DNA from: Escherichia coli
GTDB lineage: Bacteria; Pseudomonadota; Gammaproteobacteria; Enterobacterales; Enterobacteriaceae
DNA: 64,000 nt
Strand: one strand, 5' to 3'
Assembly (NCBI RefSeq): GCF_003790525.1
Contig: NZ_CP033635.1
Part shown: positions 37,977-51,659 of the stretch, in pieces
Layout: each line of letters opens with the position of its first letter
How positions within the stretch are numbered: position 1 is the stretch's first letter
Translations under genes and position numbers: made by a program
Notes under the pieces: model-generated
What the model was told of the DNA's origin: nothing
The model's database searches: none
What the model saw: only the letters and a program-made list of their open reading frames with translations

Positions 37977-40637
37977 TCATGATTCCTCGCGCTGGGCAAG
38001 ATTTAGCGTAAGCCCAACGATCCCCTCTTCGAGCTGGATATCAACGTTAAACCCGAGCTTGCGGGCCAGCGCCACCATGCCACGATTGTTTGGCATCGTA
38101 ATACCATTCAGACGTTGCAGTCCGTGATCTCGCGTATAGGTAATCAACTTTTCCATTAAGCGTCGACCTAAGCCTAACCCTTTGAGATCCGAGCGAACCA
38201 GCACGGCAAATTCGGCATCGATGTTATCAGGGTCGGAGATCGCACGCGTGACGCCGAGGATCTCTTCCGTTTGATCAATACGTCGTACCGCTACAAATGC
38301 CATTTCCCGATCGTAGTCGATCTGCGTCATGTTGGCTAAATCTTCATGGGTAAATTCGTTGATCTCGCTAAAGTAGCGGTAATAAAGATCTTCTTTGGTG
38401 ACTCGCGAAATGAACTGCTGAAGTTGTGGCTCATCTTCTGGCAAAATCGGGCGGAACAAGCAGCGTTCACCGTTTTTCAATTCTACCCACTCTTCCAGCT
38501 GATGCGGATAAGGGCGCACTGCCAGCCGGCTCTCGTTATCGCCTTCAAACGGCGCGATATCCAGCGTGACATCCAGCGCGGTAAATTCACTGCCAGAAGC
38601 CAGCAAAGGATGAATATCCAGACGTTGAATTTCCGGACAATCGACAATCAAGTTGGAAACCTGTACCAGAAGCTGGCTCAAGCCTGCAACATCCAATGGG
38701 CGTAGCGCACTGCGCGCACGAATCTTTTTACTTTTGATCCCCTGAATAACCAGATAGCGGGCCAGGTTCATGTTCAGCGGTGGTAACGCGACGACGGCTT
38801 GATCTTCAGGACGCCACTCCACACCGCCTTCGCCCAGCATGATCAACGGCCCGAAAACCGGATCGTGCTCAACCACAACCCGCAACTCCTGAGCGCCAGC
38901 ACGGTTAGCCATACTTTGCACCAACAGGCCGTGGATCCGCGCCTGCGGCCAGGCCATTTTTACGCGATCGAAAATAGCGTTTGCCGCTTGCTGGACTTCA
39001 TTAGCTGTACGCAGGTAGAGCATGACGCCCTGAACTTCCGATTTATGTGGAATATCCGGCGAACGCAATTTCAGCGCCACCGGATAACCAATCTGTTCGG
39101 CAATATGCACCGCTTCGGTGCTATCGCTGGCAATCCAGGTGGGGAGCGTGTTCATGCCATATGCTTGCAGGATGGGCTGAACTTCATGGGTATCGAGTGA
39201 CGTTGCTCCTTCGGCAATCGCCTGTTGCAACAGAAGATGCGCTTCTGCGGTATTGGAGGTCAGATTGCTGGGCAACGCCGGCGTTTCGCGTAGTTGCTTC
39301 TGATTACGCCGGTACTCCACCATATGCATAAAAGCAGTGATGGTTCCTTCCGGCGTGCGATAGGTCGGCAGCCCGGCTTCACTGAATAATCGTCGTGCCT
39401 CTTGCGAGGAGTGCTCGCCACACCAGTTCGTCAGCAGAGAAACATACTTGCTGCGGGGATGATGCTTTACCGCTTCAATTAATGCTTGCGCGCTTTCTGT
39501 TGCGGGAGCAGCGGCGCTGGGCGAATGAATAACCATCAGCGCGTCAAAATCCTGGCTGTGGAGCAGGATATCCAGCGTTTTAATATAGTGCTCACTGCTG
39601 GCGTCATCGCGTAGATCGAGCGGGTTAGAGATTGCCACATGTTCTGGCAGTGCATCGCGCAGTTTCTGGCAGGTTTCTTCGCTTAGCGTTGCCAGCTTGC
39701 CATTGCGTGACCATAAGGCATCCAGCGCCAGCGCGGCAGGCGCAGCACCGTTGCTGATAATCATCAACCGGTCACCACGCAGCGGGCGCATATGGCTAAG
39801 GGTTTCCACCGCCGAAAACAGTTCGTGGGTATCCTGTACCCGCAACAAACCGGCACGCTGAATAGCCGCATCCCACGCTGGATCCATTCCTGCCGTGGTG
39901 TTCAACAGACGTTGAGCCGCCGGGCTACGTCCGCTTTTAATCACCAGAATCGGTTTATTGCGCGAGGCACTACGGGCCGCCGAAACAAAGCGTCGCGCGT
40001 CGCTTAACTGTTCGAGATAGAGCAGGATGGCGCTGGTTTTACTGTCGCGCGCCAGATAGTCGAGCAATTCATCAACGTCGATATCCAGGCTGTCGCCGAG
40101 CGCAATAAAGTAGGAAAAGCCCATCTCACGCTGTTGCGCCCAGTCGAGGATGGTGTTGGAGACAGCAGCCGATTGCGAAATAAACGCCAGCTTGCCGCGT
40201 TTAATCGGCACAGGCGAAAAGCTGGCATTCAGACCTTGCCAGGGAGCCAGTAAACCCAGACTGTTTGGTCCAAGCAGGCGCATGTTATGGCGCAGGGCGC
40301 AGGCGCGGAGATCTTCGTGTTGCGATGACGGGGCGGAAAGAATAATGCAGGTTTTACAGCCTTTCTCGCCGAGCTCTTCCAGAAGAGCAAGATTACGGCT
40401 GGCATTGGTACATAAAACCGCAAGGTCTGGTGTAAAGGGCAAGCTGGCAATATCCGGCCAGGCCAACACACCCAACACTGCTTTCCAGGCAGGCGTCACC
40501 GGGAGTACCGGTCCGTTAAAGCCTCCCGCCAGCAGGTTACGCATCATCAGGTAACCTGCGCGATTGGGTTTCATCGATGCGCCAATTACCGCAATCGATT
40601 TTGGTCGCAGTAGTGCTTCCAGTCCTCGCTGACTCAT
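37977..40637 (-). CDS. patZ: protein lysine acetyltransferase PatZ/Pka (NDP-forming acyl-CoA synthetase-like + GNAT)
   Basis: 886-aa ORF with CoA-binding N-terminus and C-terminal GNAT domain; synteny. Confidence 0.9.
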   Translation of the reverse strand: MSQRGLEALLRPKSIAVIGASMKPNRAGYLMMRNLLAGGFNGPVLPVTPAWKAVLGVLAWPDIASLPFTPDLAVLCTNASRNLALLEELGEKGCKTCIILSAPSSQHEDLRACALRHNMRLLGPNSLGLLAPWQGLNASFSPVPIKRGKLAFISQSAAVSNTILDWAQQREMGFSYFIALGDSLDIDVDELLDYLARDSKTSAILLYLEQLSDARRFVSAARSASRNKPILVIKSGRSPAAQRLLNTTAGMDPAWDAAIQRAGLLRVQDTHELFSAVETLSHMRPLRGDRLMIISNGAAPAALALDALWSRNGKLATLSEETCQKLRDALPEHVAISNPLDLRDDASSEHYIKTLDILLHSQDFDALMVIHSPSAAAPATESAQALIEAVKHHPRSKYVSLLTNWCGEHSSQEARRLFSEAGLPTYRTPEGTITAFMHMVEYRRNQKQLRETPALPSNLTSNTAEAHLLLQQAIAEGATSLDTHEVQPILQAYGMNTLPTWIASDSTEAVHIAEQIGYPVALKLRSPDIPHKSEVQGVMLYLRTANEVQQAANAIFDRVKMAWPQARIHGLLVQSMANRAGAQELRVVVEHDPVFGPLIMLGEGGVEWRPEDQAVVALPPLNMNLARYLVIQGIKSKKIRARSALRPLDVAGLSQLLVQVSNLIVDCPEIQRLDIHPLLASGSEFTALDVTLDIAPFEGDNESRLAVRPYPHQLEEWVELKNGERCLFRPILPEDEPQLQQFISRVTKEDLYYRYFSEINEFTHEDLANMTQIDYDREMAFVAVRRIDQTEEILGVTRAISDPDNIDAEFAVLVRSDLKGLGLGRRLMEKLITYTRDHGLQRLNGITMPNNRGMVALARKLGFNVDIQLEEGIVGLTLNLAQREES

Positions 40638-40668
40638 ACCGGTCTCCCGCAGAAGTGACCGAATGATT

Positions 40669-41367
40669 TTAAACGCTTTCTAACTGTTCTGCTGTGATGC
40701 TACCCAGATGTTGCGTTTTTCCTGCCAGATAGCGTGTTTTAAAGCGGGTAAAATGCTCGCCTAACCCTGCCGCCGCCCCGGTATCGCCGACCATATCTAA
40801 CAGTGCGATGGCTACCTCGGCAGTACAATATTGGCCTTCAGCCTGGGCTTCACGCAGGCGATAGGCAGAAAGCCGGGAAAGATCGACGGAAATGACGGGA
40901 AGATTATCCAGATACGGACTTTTACGAAACATCTTGCGAGCTTCCGGCCAGGTACCATCGAGCATGATAAATAGCGGAGGCTTACCGGCAGGTGGTGTGA
41001 AGATCACTTCCCGTTGCTCATCAGCATACGAGGCGGGAAAGACCACCATTGGCTGATAGTCCGGGTTTTGTACCAGATCCAGCAAATCTAGCGAGGGTTC
41101 GGTACGCGACCATTGAAACGCAACGGTATCAGGCAAAATATCAGCAATCAGACGCCCGGTATTACTGGGCTTCATTGGCTCGGTGTCGAACATCAGCAAA
41201 CAGAAGCGACTTTTTGCTTGTGCTGGGGTAATTGTCGAACAGAGACATAATTTCTCTGGCAAAAGACAGCGTTGGCAGCGACGAACGCGATTACCGCGGG
41301 CAAGAAAAGGACGTGTTGCGCGCGCAATACGCTCGGCGCGTAACTGGAGAACAGCGTTTTCGGTCAT
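40669..41367 (-). CDS. yfiP: DTW-domain tRNA acp3U aminocarboxypropyltransferase (YfiP/TapT)
   Basis: ORF containing the DTW motif (MLDGTWPEARKM); start taken at MTENAVLQL. Confidence 0.8.
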   Translation of the reverse strand: MTENAVLQLRAERIARATRPFLARGNRVRRCQRCLLPEKLCLCSTITPAQAKSRFCLLMFDTEPMKPSNTGRLIADILPDTVAFQWSRTEPSLDLLDLVQNPDYQPMVVFPASYADEQREVIFTPPAGKPPLFIMLDGTWPEARKMFRKSPYLDNLPVISVDLSRLSAYRLREAQAEGQYCTAEVAIALLDMVGDTGAAAGLGEHFTRFKTRYLAGKTQHLGSITAEQLESV

Positions 41368-41435
41368 AAGAGAGCGTCGAAAAAACGCCATTGTCGCAGA
41401 GGAGAAAACGGGGCACAAGATGCGCCCCGGTAAGA

Positions 41436-41855
41436 TTAAAGAGATTCGTTCAGCCAGCTATCAAACGGCGCTTTCGGTACTGCGCCATTAAGCATGTCGA
41501 CAACCTGACCGTTTTTGAAAATCATGATCGTCGGTATACTACGAATTCCAAAGCGACTGCTTAATTCACGTTCAGCTTCGGTATTCACTTTCACAAAGCG
41601 CACTTTACCGCTACGCTCTTGCGCGACATCTTCAAAAATTGGTGCGAAATTACGGCAGGGGCCGCACCACGGTGCCCAGAAGTCGATCACCACAGGTAGA
41701 TCATCTTTCAGCAATTTGTCGAGCGTTTCACCGGTCGCATTAATCACCTCTCCGTCAAACAAGTCGTGACCGCAGCGTCCGCATTTTGCCGCATCTTCGA
41801 TCCGATCGTCGGGAATGCGATTGATGGCCTGACAATGGGTACAAACGGTATTCAT
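41436..41855 (-). CDS. trxC: thioredoxin 2
   Basis: 139-aa ORF with N-terminal Zn-finger cysteines ([11 protein letters not shown]...CGRCGH) and a WCGPC active site. Confidence 0.95.
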
Positions 41856-42061
41856 AACTAACCTCGGGATGAGTAAGGAGACTTATCGGCAACGACGCCG
41901 GTATGTTTCTAATATGTTACATATTATCGGGGACATTGTTCCAGACAACAATCTGTTTTATTCAATGGGTATGATAGACACAGGCTTTGGAACGAAATCA
42001 TGGCGAACCGCGCGGACTTCGGGTAATCTGCGCGCTTCGCGCAGCGCTGGTGGAGAAAAGC

Positions 42062-43099
42062 ATGAACGATGAAATGAAAGGTAAAAGCGGCAAGGTCAAA
42101 GTGATGTATGTCCGCAGTGATGATGATTCTGATAAACGTACCCACAACCCGCGTACCGGGAAAGGGGGCGGGCGTCCAGGAAAATCTCGTGCTGACGGTG
42201 GCCGTCGCCCCGCCCGCGATGACAAACAGAGTCAGCCCCGTGACCGCAAGTGGGAAGATTCGCCGTGGCGCACGGTTTCCCGCGCGCCGGGTGATGAGAC
42301 GCCGGAAAAGGCCGATCACGGTGGCATCAGTGGTAAAAGTTTTATTGATCCGGAAGTTTTGCGTCGTCAGCGTGCGGAAGAAACCCGCGTCTACGGAGAA
42401 AACGCCTGTCAGGCACTGTTCCAGAGCCGTCCGGAAGCGATTGTTCGCGCCTGGTTTATCCAGAGCGTAACGCCACGTTTTAAAGAAGCCTTGCGCTGGA
42501 TGGCGGCAAACCGCAAAGCGTACCATGTGGTGGATGAAGCGGAACTGACAAAAGCGTCAGGCACGGAACATCACGGCGGCGTTTGCTTCCTGATCAAAAA
42601 GCGTAACGGTACAACCGTGCAGCAGTGGGTAAGCCAGGCTGGCGCGCAGGATTGTGTACTGGCCCTGGAAAACGAATCTAACCCGCATAACCTGGGCGGC
42701 ATGATGCGTAGCTGTGCGCACTTCGGCGTGAAAGGTGTTGTGGTGCAGGATGCAGCACTGCTGGAGTCTGGGGCGGCTATCCGTACCGCAGAAGGCGGCG
42801 CAGAGCACGTTCAGCCGATTACTGGCGACAACATTGTTAACGTGCTGGATGATTTCCGTCAGGCGGGTTACACCGTAGTGACAACTTCCAGCGAGCAGGG
42901 TAAACCGCTGTTCAAAACCAGTCTGCCAGCGAAAATGGTACTGGTGCTGGGTCAGGAATATGAAGGGTTACCGGATGCCGCACGCGATCCGAACGATCTG
43001 CGCGTGAAGATTGATGGTACTGGCAACGTTGCCGGGCTGAATATCTCTGTCGCAACCGGCGTTCTTCTTGGCGAATGGTGGCGTCAGAATAAAGCCTGA
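42062..43099 (+). CDS. yfiF: SpoU/TrmH-family RNA methyltransferase YfiF
   Basis: 345-aa ORF from [22 protein letters not shown]... with Arg/Gly-rich basic N-terminal region. Confidence 0.85.
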
Positions 43100-43146
43100 T
43101 AAATCAGCCGGGTGGCAACTCTGCCATCCGGCATTTTCCCGCAAAT

Positions 43147-43836
43147 TTACTCACTCTCTGCCGGTAATACTGGCATCCAGTCAATCGGCGTCTCGCCACG
43201 TTGTTCCAGCCACTGATTTGCCAGCACAAAATGGTTGCAGCCAAAGAATCCACGATGCGCCGAAAGCGGCGACGGATGCGGTGCTTTCAGTACATGATGG
43301 CGTTGCTTATCTATAATCGCCCCTTTCTTTTGCGCATGCGATCCCCACAACAAAAACACCACGCCTTCGCGATGCTGGTTAATCAGGCTGATCACTTTAT
43401 CGGTGAAGGTTTCCCAGCCGAGGCTGGCGTGGGAATGCGCCTGACCTGCGCGTACCGTCAACACAGTATTGAGTAGCAGAACGCCCTGACGCGCCCAGCT
43501 TTCAAGATAACCATGATTAGGGCGGGTGAAACCGGGAATAGTATTTTCCAGCTCTTTATACATATTCAGCAGTGACGGCGGTGTCGCAATGCCGGGGCGA
43601 ACGGAAAATGCCAGACCATGCGCCTGTCCCGGTCCGTGATAAGGATCCTGGCCGAGAATCACCACTTTAACGTCACCCAACTCTGTAAAGCGGAACGCGT
43701 TAAAGACATCCTTTTGTGGCGGATAGATAGTGACGCCGGACTGCCGCTCGCTGGCGACGGTCTGAAGGGTATTAAGAAAATAGGGTTGCTGCTTCTCTTC
43801 AGCCAGCACATCATGCCAGGTTAATTCGTTAGCCAT
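43147..43836 (-). CDS. ung: uracil-DNA glycosylase
   Basis: 229-aa [55 protein letters not shown]... with GQDPYH motif. Confidence 0.97.
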   Translation of the reverse strand: MANELTWHDVLAEEKQQPYFLNTLQTVASERQSGVTIYPPQKDVFNAFRFTELGDVKVVILGQDPYHGPGQAHGLAFSVRPGIATPPSLLNMYKELENTIPGFTRPNHGYLESWARQGVLLLNTVLTVRAGQAHSHASLGWETFTDKVISLINQHREGVVFLLWGSHAQKKGAIIDKQRHHVLKAPHPSPLSAHRGFFGCNHFVLANQWLEQRGETPIDWMPVLPAESE

Positions 43837-43966
43837 CTCGCTCTCCTGCGAATCTTCAATCCGCCTAGCTTAACTGCTTCTTTCTACAGAACAAAATCAT
43901 GCTCATTTTTTAGACTTAAACGAGTGCAAAAAAATGTAAATTGGTAAAATTTCACACCTGCATAAG

Positions 43967-44033
43967 TTGATGTAAAACAATAAAATCCATTTGTGACCAC
44001 ATTCGATATGTGGTTTCTATTGATTTAAATCAA
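43967..44033. promoter_or_regulatory. FNR-type sites in the grcA promoter
   Basis: TTGATTTAAATCAA (44020..44033) is a perfect TTGAT-N4-ATCAA; TTGATGTAAAACAA (43967..43980) is a half-site match. Confidence 0.7.
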
Positions 44034-44140
44034 AGAATCAAGGGTGTTTGAGGAGTATATATACACTCAAGCAACAATGGTTTTACCAATTGGCCGCGAC
44101 AGGCTGAACAAATCAAATAATTTTGCCGGGGAGGCATCAC

Positions 44141-44524
44141 ATGATTACAGGTATCCAGATTACTAAAGCCGCTAACGACGATCTGCTGAACTCTTTCTGG
44201 CTGCTGGACAGCGAAAAAGGCGAAGCGCGTTGCATCGTTGCGAAAGCAGGTTTTGCAGAAGACGAAGTGGTTGCAGTAAGCAAACTGGGTGACATTGAGT
44301 ACCGTGAAGTTCCAGTAGAAGTGAAACCAGAAGTTCGCGTTGAAGGTGGTCAACACCTGAACGTAAACGTTCTGCGTCGTGAAACTCTGGAAGATGCAGT
44401 TAAGCATCCGGAAAAATATCCGCAGCTGACCATCCGTGTATCCGGTTATGCAGTTCGCTTTAACTCTCTGACTCCGGAACAGCAGCGCGACGTTATCGCT
44501 CGTACCTTTACTGAAAGCCTGTAA
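44141..44524 (+). CDS. grcA: autonomous glycyl radical cofactor GrcA (YfiD)
   Basis: 127-aa [40 protein letters not shown]... with C-terminal glycyl-radical motif (RVSGYAV). Confidence 0.95.
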
Positions 44525-44578
44525 GGCTTAAGTAGCAAGTTACTAAGCGGAAGAGGGCGACCTCTTCCGCTTTTTTCA

Positions 44579-45166
44579 TTAATAGAAAATGCGTACCGCG
44601 CAATAGACCAGCAGCAGCGCGAGCACGATATTTAACTGGCGACCATACTGGCGAAACAATCGCTGAAACAGGTGCCCCGCCAGCGCCCAGCACACATTGC
44701 CAAACGTCCCAATCATCGCCAGCAAAACGCTGACGCCAATCACCCAGCTTAACGCCTGCGTTTGTGGCAGGACAAATGTCGACAGTGCTGTAATGCCATA
44801 CAAAATGATTTTGACGTTCACAAACTGCAAAGCAAAGCTGGCCCAAAAACTGATTGGTTTTGTCTGAAGCCCATCTTCCTTTGTTGGACTGGTAGCGATT
44901 TTCCACGCCAGCCAGACAATATATGCCGCCCCCGCCCAACTCAAAAGGTGTACCACTGCCGGGTCAATCACTGCCAGTGAAAATGAAATGCCCGCACACA
45001 GTAACATCACAATCAAAAATCCCAGACTCATCCCTGCCAGCACGCGAGTACTTTGACGAAATCCATGCGACGTAGCAGAGCTAAGGGCGAGAATATTGTT
45101 CGGTCCTGGCGTCATGGCGGTAATCAGGGTGTAAGTCCAAAAAGCACTTAAAAGGGTCGGTGTCAC
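44579..45166 (-). CDS. eamB: LysE/RhtB-family cysteine/O-acetylserine exporter
   Basis: 195-aa 6-TM ORF; synteny (yfiK). Confidence 0.85.
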   Translation of the reverse strand: MTPTLLSAFWTYTLITAMTPGPNNILALSSATSHGFRQSTRVLAGMSLGFLIVMLLCAGISFSLAVIDPAVVHLLSWAGAAYIVWLAWKIATSPTKEDGLQTKPISFWASFALQFVNVKIILYGITALSTFVLPQTQALSWVIGVSVLLAMIGTFGNVCWALAGHLFQRLFRQYGRQLNIVLALLLVYCAVRIFY

Positions 45167-45268
45167 TTGTTATCTCCTCTGTTTTGGTAGACAGTACCCG
45201 ACACGAAACATTTAAAAAAATGAATGTTTTAATATTCTAAATTCGATATTTTCGATAGGTTTGGGGTT

Positions 45269-46150
45269 ATGGATCTGCGCCGTTTTATTACACTTAAAAC
45301 CGTGGTGGAAGAGGGTTCCTTTTTGCGAGCTTCGCAAAAATTGTGCTGCACACAATCGACGGTGACTTTTCATATTCAGCAGCTTGAGCAGGAGTTCTCA
45401 GTCCAGTTATTTGAGAAAATTGGTCGACGAATGTGCCTTACCCGCGAAGGAAAAAAGCTGCTGCCGCACATCTATGAACTCACCAGAGTGATGGATACCC
45501 TTCGTGAGGCTGCCAAAAAAGAGTCGGATCCGGACGGGGAACTACGCGTTGTTTCAGGCGAAACGTTGCTTTCTTACCGAATGCCGCAGGTGTTGCAGCG
45601 TTTTCGGCAACGCGCACCAAAAGTGTGTTTATCGTTGCAGTCTCTGAACTGTTACGTGATCCGTGATGCGCTACTGAATGATGAGGCTGATGTCGGCGTC
45701 TTTTACCGCGTAGGGAATGATGATGCTCTGAACCGACGAGAGTTGGGTGAACAATCGCTGGTGCTGGTAGCTTCACCGCAAATTGCAGATGTCGATTTTA
45801 CTGAGCCGGGAAGACATAACGCCTGTAGTTTTATTATCAATGAACCGCAATGTGTCTTCCGCCAGATATTTGAGAGCACGCTGCGCCAGCGACGGATCAC
45901 GGTGGAAAACACCATTGAGCTTATAAGTATCGAAAGCATCAAGCGTTGTGTCGCGGCAAATATCGGGGTCAGTTACCTGCCGCGCTTTACAGTGGCAAAT
46001 GAACTTGCGAGTGGCGAATTAATCGAATTGCCTTTTGGCGAACAGTCGCAGACCATTACGGCAATGTGCGCTCACCATGCCGGAAAAGCGGTTAGCCCGG
46101 CGATGCACATTTTTATTCAGTGTGTTGAAGAGTGTTTTTTGCCGGGATAA
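45269..46150 (+). CDS. yfiE: LysR-family transcriptional regulator YfiE
   Basis: 293-aa ORF with N-terminal HTH; divergent from eamB. Confidence 0.85.
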   Translation: MDLRRFITLKTVVEEGSFLRASQKLCCTQSTVTFHIQQLEQEFSVQLFEKIGRRMCLTREGKKLLPHIYELTRVMDTLREAAKKESDPDGELRVVSGETLLSYRMPQVLQRFRQRAPKVCLSLQSLNCYVIRDALLNDEADVGVFYRVGNDDALNRRELGEQSLVLVASPQIADVDFTEPGRHNACSFIINEPQCVFRQIFESTLRQRRITVENTIELISIESIKRCVAANIGVSYLPRFTVANELASGELIELPFGEQSQTITAMCAHHAGKAVSPAMHIFIQCVEECFLPG

Positions 46151-46182
46151 AAATAATGCCGGGCTTAAACCCGGCATTGAGA

Positions 46183-47517
46183 TTACTCTTCTGTCGTTTG
46201 CGGTGGCACGCCCGTTCCGCTCGGTTTACGGCGCTTACCAATATTTTTGGTGTCGCGATGGCGTTTTTTCACCCGCGGCTTCTCTTTCTCTTTAGCTTTT
46301 TTCTTCTCGGCGCGTTTTGCCAGTACTTTCTTCGATGGCTTGCCGGTCTGCTTCTCGCTTGGCGCACGCGTTTTCGGGCGTAACTCGTCAATTACGCGAG
46401 CTTTAATTGGCTCTTCAATATAGCGACCAACTTTGCCCAGCAGCAGATGGTCATGGGCTTCCACCAGCGAAATCGCGGTGCCTTTACGACCGGCGCGCGC
46501 GGTACGTCCGATACGGTGCAAATAAGTATCGCCACTGCGCGGCATATCGAAGTTAAAGACGTGGCTGACGTCAGGAATGTCGATACCGCGCGCGGCAACA
46601 TCGGTTGCAACCAGTACGTTTACGCGACCTTCGGTCAAACGCTTGATCGCTTCGTTACGCTTGCCCTGTACCATCTCACCTTCGAGATAGCAGTTGTTGA
46701 TGCCCGCTTCGCGCAGCCAGTTTGCCAGCTCATGCACACGCTCACGCTTACGCACAAACACAATTGAGCGGGTCGCTTCCGGCTGTTTTAACAGGTGCAC
46801 CAGCAATGCGGTTTTATGTTCCAGGTCATCGGCGCGGTAATACCACTGATGAATTTTTTTGCGCTCACGGGTGGACGGATTGGCAGAAACCTCCACCGGA
46901 TCTTCCAGCAGACGCTCGGCAAAGTCCTGAATCGCATCGCCTTCCAGCGTTGCCGAAAAGAGCAGGGTCTGTTTACGCCAGCGCGTTTCGCCAGCAATAT
47001 GTTCGATATCCTGAGCGAAGCCCATATCCAGCATACGGTCTGCTTCGTCGAGGATCAGCGTTTCAACCGCGCGGCAATCGAAGTTCTCTTCTTTTATGTA
47101 TTGCAGCAGACGTCCGGTCGTGGCGACCACGATGTCCTGATTTTCGCTGAACACTTCCGCGTGGTTCATATAGGCCACGCCGCCGGTGATGGTGGCGATA
47201 TCCAGATGCGTATGTTTCGCCAGTTCGCGGGCATGATCGGCCACCTGCATCGCCAGCTCGCGAGTTGGGGTGAGGATCAAAATACGCGGCGGACCGGATT
47301 TCTTACGTGGGAAATCGAGCAGGTGCTGCAACGCTGGCAGCAGATACGCCGCCGTTTTACCGGTGCCTGTCGGCGCAGAACCGAGTACATCACGGCCATC
47401 GAGCGCAGGCGGAATGGCGGCAGCCTGAATGGCGGTCGGGCGAGTGAAACCTTTATCCTGGAGGGCTTCCAGCAGGCTTTCGTCGAGTTCAAGTTCGGAA
47501 AAAGTCGTTACAGTCAT
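46183..47517 (-). CDS. srmB: DEAD-box RNA helicase SrmB
   Basis: 444-aa ORF with Q, Walker A (APTGTGKT), DEAD and SAT motifs and a basic C-terminal tail. Confidence 0.95.
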   Translation of the reverse strand: MTVTTFSELELDESLLEALQDKGFTRPTAIQAAAIPPALDGRDVLGSAPTGTGKTAAYLLPALQHLLDFPRKKSGPPRILILTPTRELAMQVADHARELAKHTHLDIATITGGVAYMNHAEVFSENQDIVVATTGRLLQYIKEENFDCRAVETLILDEADRMLDMGFAQDIEHIAGETRWRKQTLLFSATLEGDAIQDFAERLLEDPVEVSANPSTRERKKIHQWYYRADDLEHKTALLVHLLKQPEATRSIVFVRKRERVHELANWLREAGINNCYLEGEMVQGKRNEAIKRLTEGRVNVLVATDVAARGIDIPDVSHVFNFDMPRSGDTYLHRIGRTARAGRKGTAISLVEAHDHLLLGKVGRYIEEPIKARVIDELRPKTRAPSEKQTGKPSKKVLAKRAEKKKAKEKEKPRVKKRHRDTKNIGKRRKPSGTGVPPQTTEE

Positions 47518-47648
47518 GTTCTACCTCTGTGTGGGGCGCTGATTATAGACGTTACGGCTGCAATCTTCATCTGTTTGTATGGATATCGCTTCTCGGGTAT
47601 TGTTCTCACCCGGTGCTATCGCCGTTTTTCCTGCAAGGTTTTATTTTC

Positions 47649-50002
<2,354 letters not shown>

Positions 50003-50290
50003 TTAATTTACTAAACATGGTTTGGTCAGCATAGCATCATGTTGTGCGAATAAACACCTGCTATTTTAATATTTGTTACAGTTGCTAAACACGCTGACGC
50101 AGGGCGGCGAGAAAAAGAGAAGTTACTGGCTGGTGGAGGATTAGGTGGTGAAATAAAAAGGCCGTTGGGTTACTCTTCAGGCAGTTAAATGGGCATTTCT
50201 ACACAGATAATGCGATGTTCAGATTCTGTAGACTTATAATGATAGATAATGATCCGTCTACAGCATGACAAACAAAAACAGATGCGTTAC

Positions 50291-50319
50291 GGAACTTTAC
50301 AAAAACGAGACACTCTAAC
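50291..50319 (+). promoter_or_regulatory. sigmaE-dependent promoter of rpoE
   Basis: GGAACTT (-35) about 17 bp from TCTAA (-10), matching the sigmaE consensus. Confidence 0.7.
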
Positions 50320-50400
50320 CCTTTGCTTGCTCAAATTGCAGCTAATGGAGTGGCGTTTCGATAGCGCGTGGAAATTTGGTTTGGGGAGACTTTACCTCGG

Positions 50401-50976
50401 ATGAGCGAGCAGTTAACGGACCAGGTCCTGGTTGAACGGGTCCAGAAGGGAGATCAGAAAGCCTTTAACTTACTGGTAGTGCGCTATCAGCATAAAGTGG
50501 CGAGTCTGGTTTCCCGCTATGTGCCGTCGGGTGATGTTCCCGATGTGGTACAAGAAGCTTTTATTAAAGCCTATCGTGCGCTGGATTCGTTCCGGGGAGA
50601 TAGCGCTTTTTATACATGGCTGTATCGGATTGCTGTAAATACAGCGAAAAATTACCTGGTTGCTCAGGGGCGTCGTCCACCTTCCAGTGATGTGGATGCC
50701 ATTGAAGCTGAAAACTTCGAAAGTGGCGGCGCGTTGAAAGAAATTTCGAACCCTGAGAACTTAATGTTGTCAGAAGAACTGAGACAGATAGTTTTCCGAA
50801 CTATTGAGTCCCTCCCGGAAGATTTACGCATGGCAATAACCTTGCGGGAGCTGGATGGCCTGAGCTATGAAGAGATAGCCGCTATCATGGATTGTCCGGT
50901 AGGTACGGTGCGTTCACGTATCTTCCGAGCGAGGGAAGCTATTGATAACAAAGTTCAACCGCTTATCAGGCGTTGA
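50401..50976 (+). CDS. rpoE: RNA polymerase sigma factor sigmaE
   Basis: 191-aa ORF MSEQLTDQVLVERVQKGDQKAFNLLVVRYQHKV... Confidence 0.97.
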   Translation: MSEQLTDQVLVERVQKGDQKAFNLLVVRYQHKVASLVSRYVPSGDVPDVVQEAFIKAYRALDSFRGDSAFYTWLYRIAVNTAKNYLVAQGRRPPSSDVDAIEAENFESGGALKEISNPENLMLSEELRQIVFRTIESLPEDLRMAITLRELDGLSYEEIAAIMDCPVGTVRSRIFRAREAIDNKVQPLIRR

Positions 50977-51008
50977 CGATAGCGGGATACTGGATAAGGG
51001 TATTAGGC

Positions 51009-51659
51009 ATGCAGAAAGAACAACTTTCCGCTTTAATGGATGGCGAAACGCTGGATAGTGAGCTGCTTAACGAACTGGCTCATAACCCAGAAATGCAGAA
51101 AACCTGGGAAAGCTATCACTTAATCCGTGACTCAATGCGGGGTGATACTCCCGAGGTGCTCCATTTCGATATCTCTTCACGAGTGATGGCCGCCATTGAA
51201 GAAGAGCCAGTACGTCAACCGGCGACATTGATCCCGGAAGCCCAGCCTGCGCCGCATCAATGGCAGAAAATGCCATTCTGGCAGAAAGTACGTCCGTGGG
51301 CGGCACAGCTTACCCAAATGGGCGTAGCCGCATGCGTATCGCTTGCAGTTATCGTTGGCGTCCAGCACTATAATGGACAATCTGAAACGTCCCAGCAGCC
51401 CGAAACGCCGGTATTTAATACACTGCCGATGATGGGTAAAGCCAGCCCGGTAAGCCTGGGAGTACCTTCTGAAGCGACCGCAAACAATGGTCAACAGCAG
51501 CAGGTACAGGAGCAGCGTCGTCGCATTAATGCAATGTTGCAGGATTACGAACTGCAACGCCGACTCCACTCTGAACAGCTTCAGTTTGAGCAGGCGCAAA
51601 CCCAGCAAGCCGCTGTACAGGTGCCAGGAATTCAAACTTTAGGAACGCAATCGCAGTAA
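51009..51659 (+). CDS. rseA: anti-sigmaE factor RseA
   Basis: 216-aa ORF MQKEQLSALMDGETLDSELLNELAHNPEMQKTWESYHLIRD... with central TM segment and Gln-rich C-terminus. Confidence 0.95.
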   Translation: MQKEQLSALMDGETLDSELLNELAHNPEMQKTWESYHLIRDSMRGDTPEVLHFDISSRVMAAIEEEPVRQPATLIPEAQPAPHQWQKMPFWQKVRPWAAQLTQMGVAACVSLAVIVGVQHYNGQSETSQQPETPVFNTLPMMGKASPVSLGVPSEATANNGQQQQVQEQRRRINAMLQDYELQRRLHSEQLQFEQAQTQQAAVQVPGIQTLGTQSQ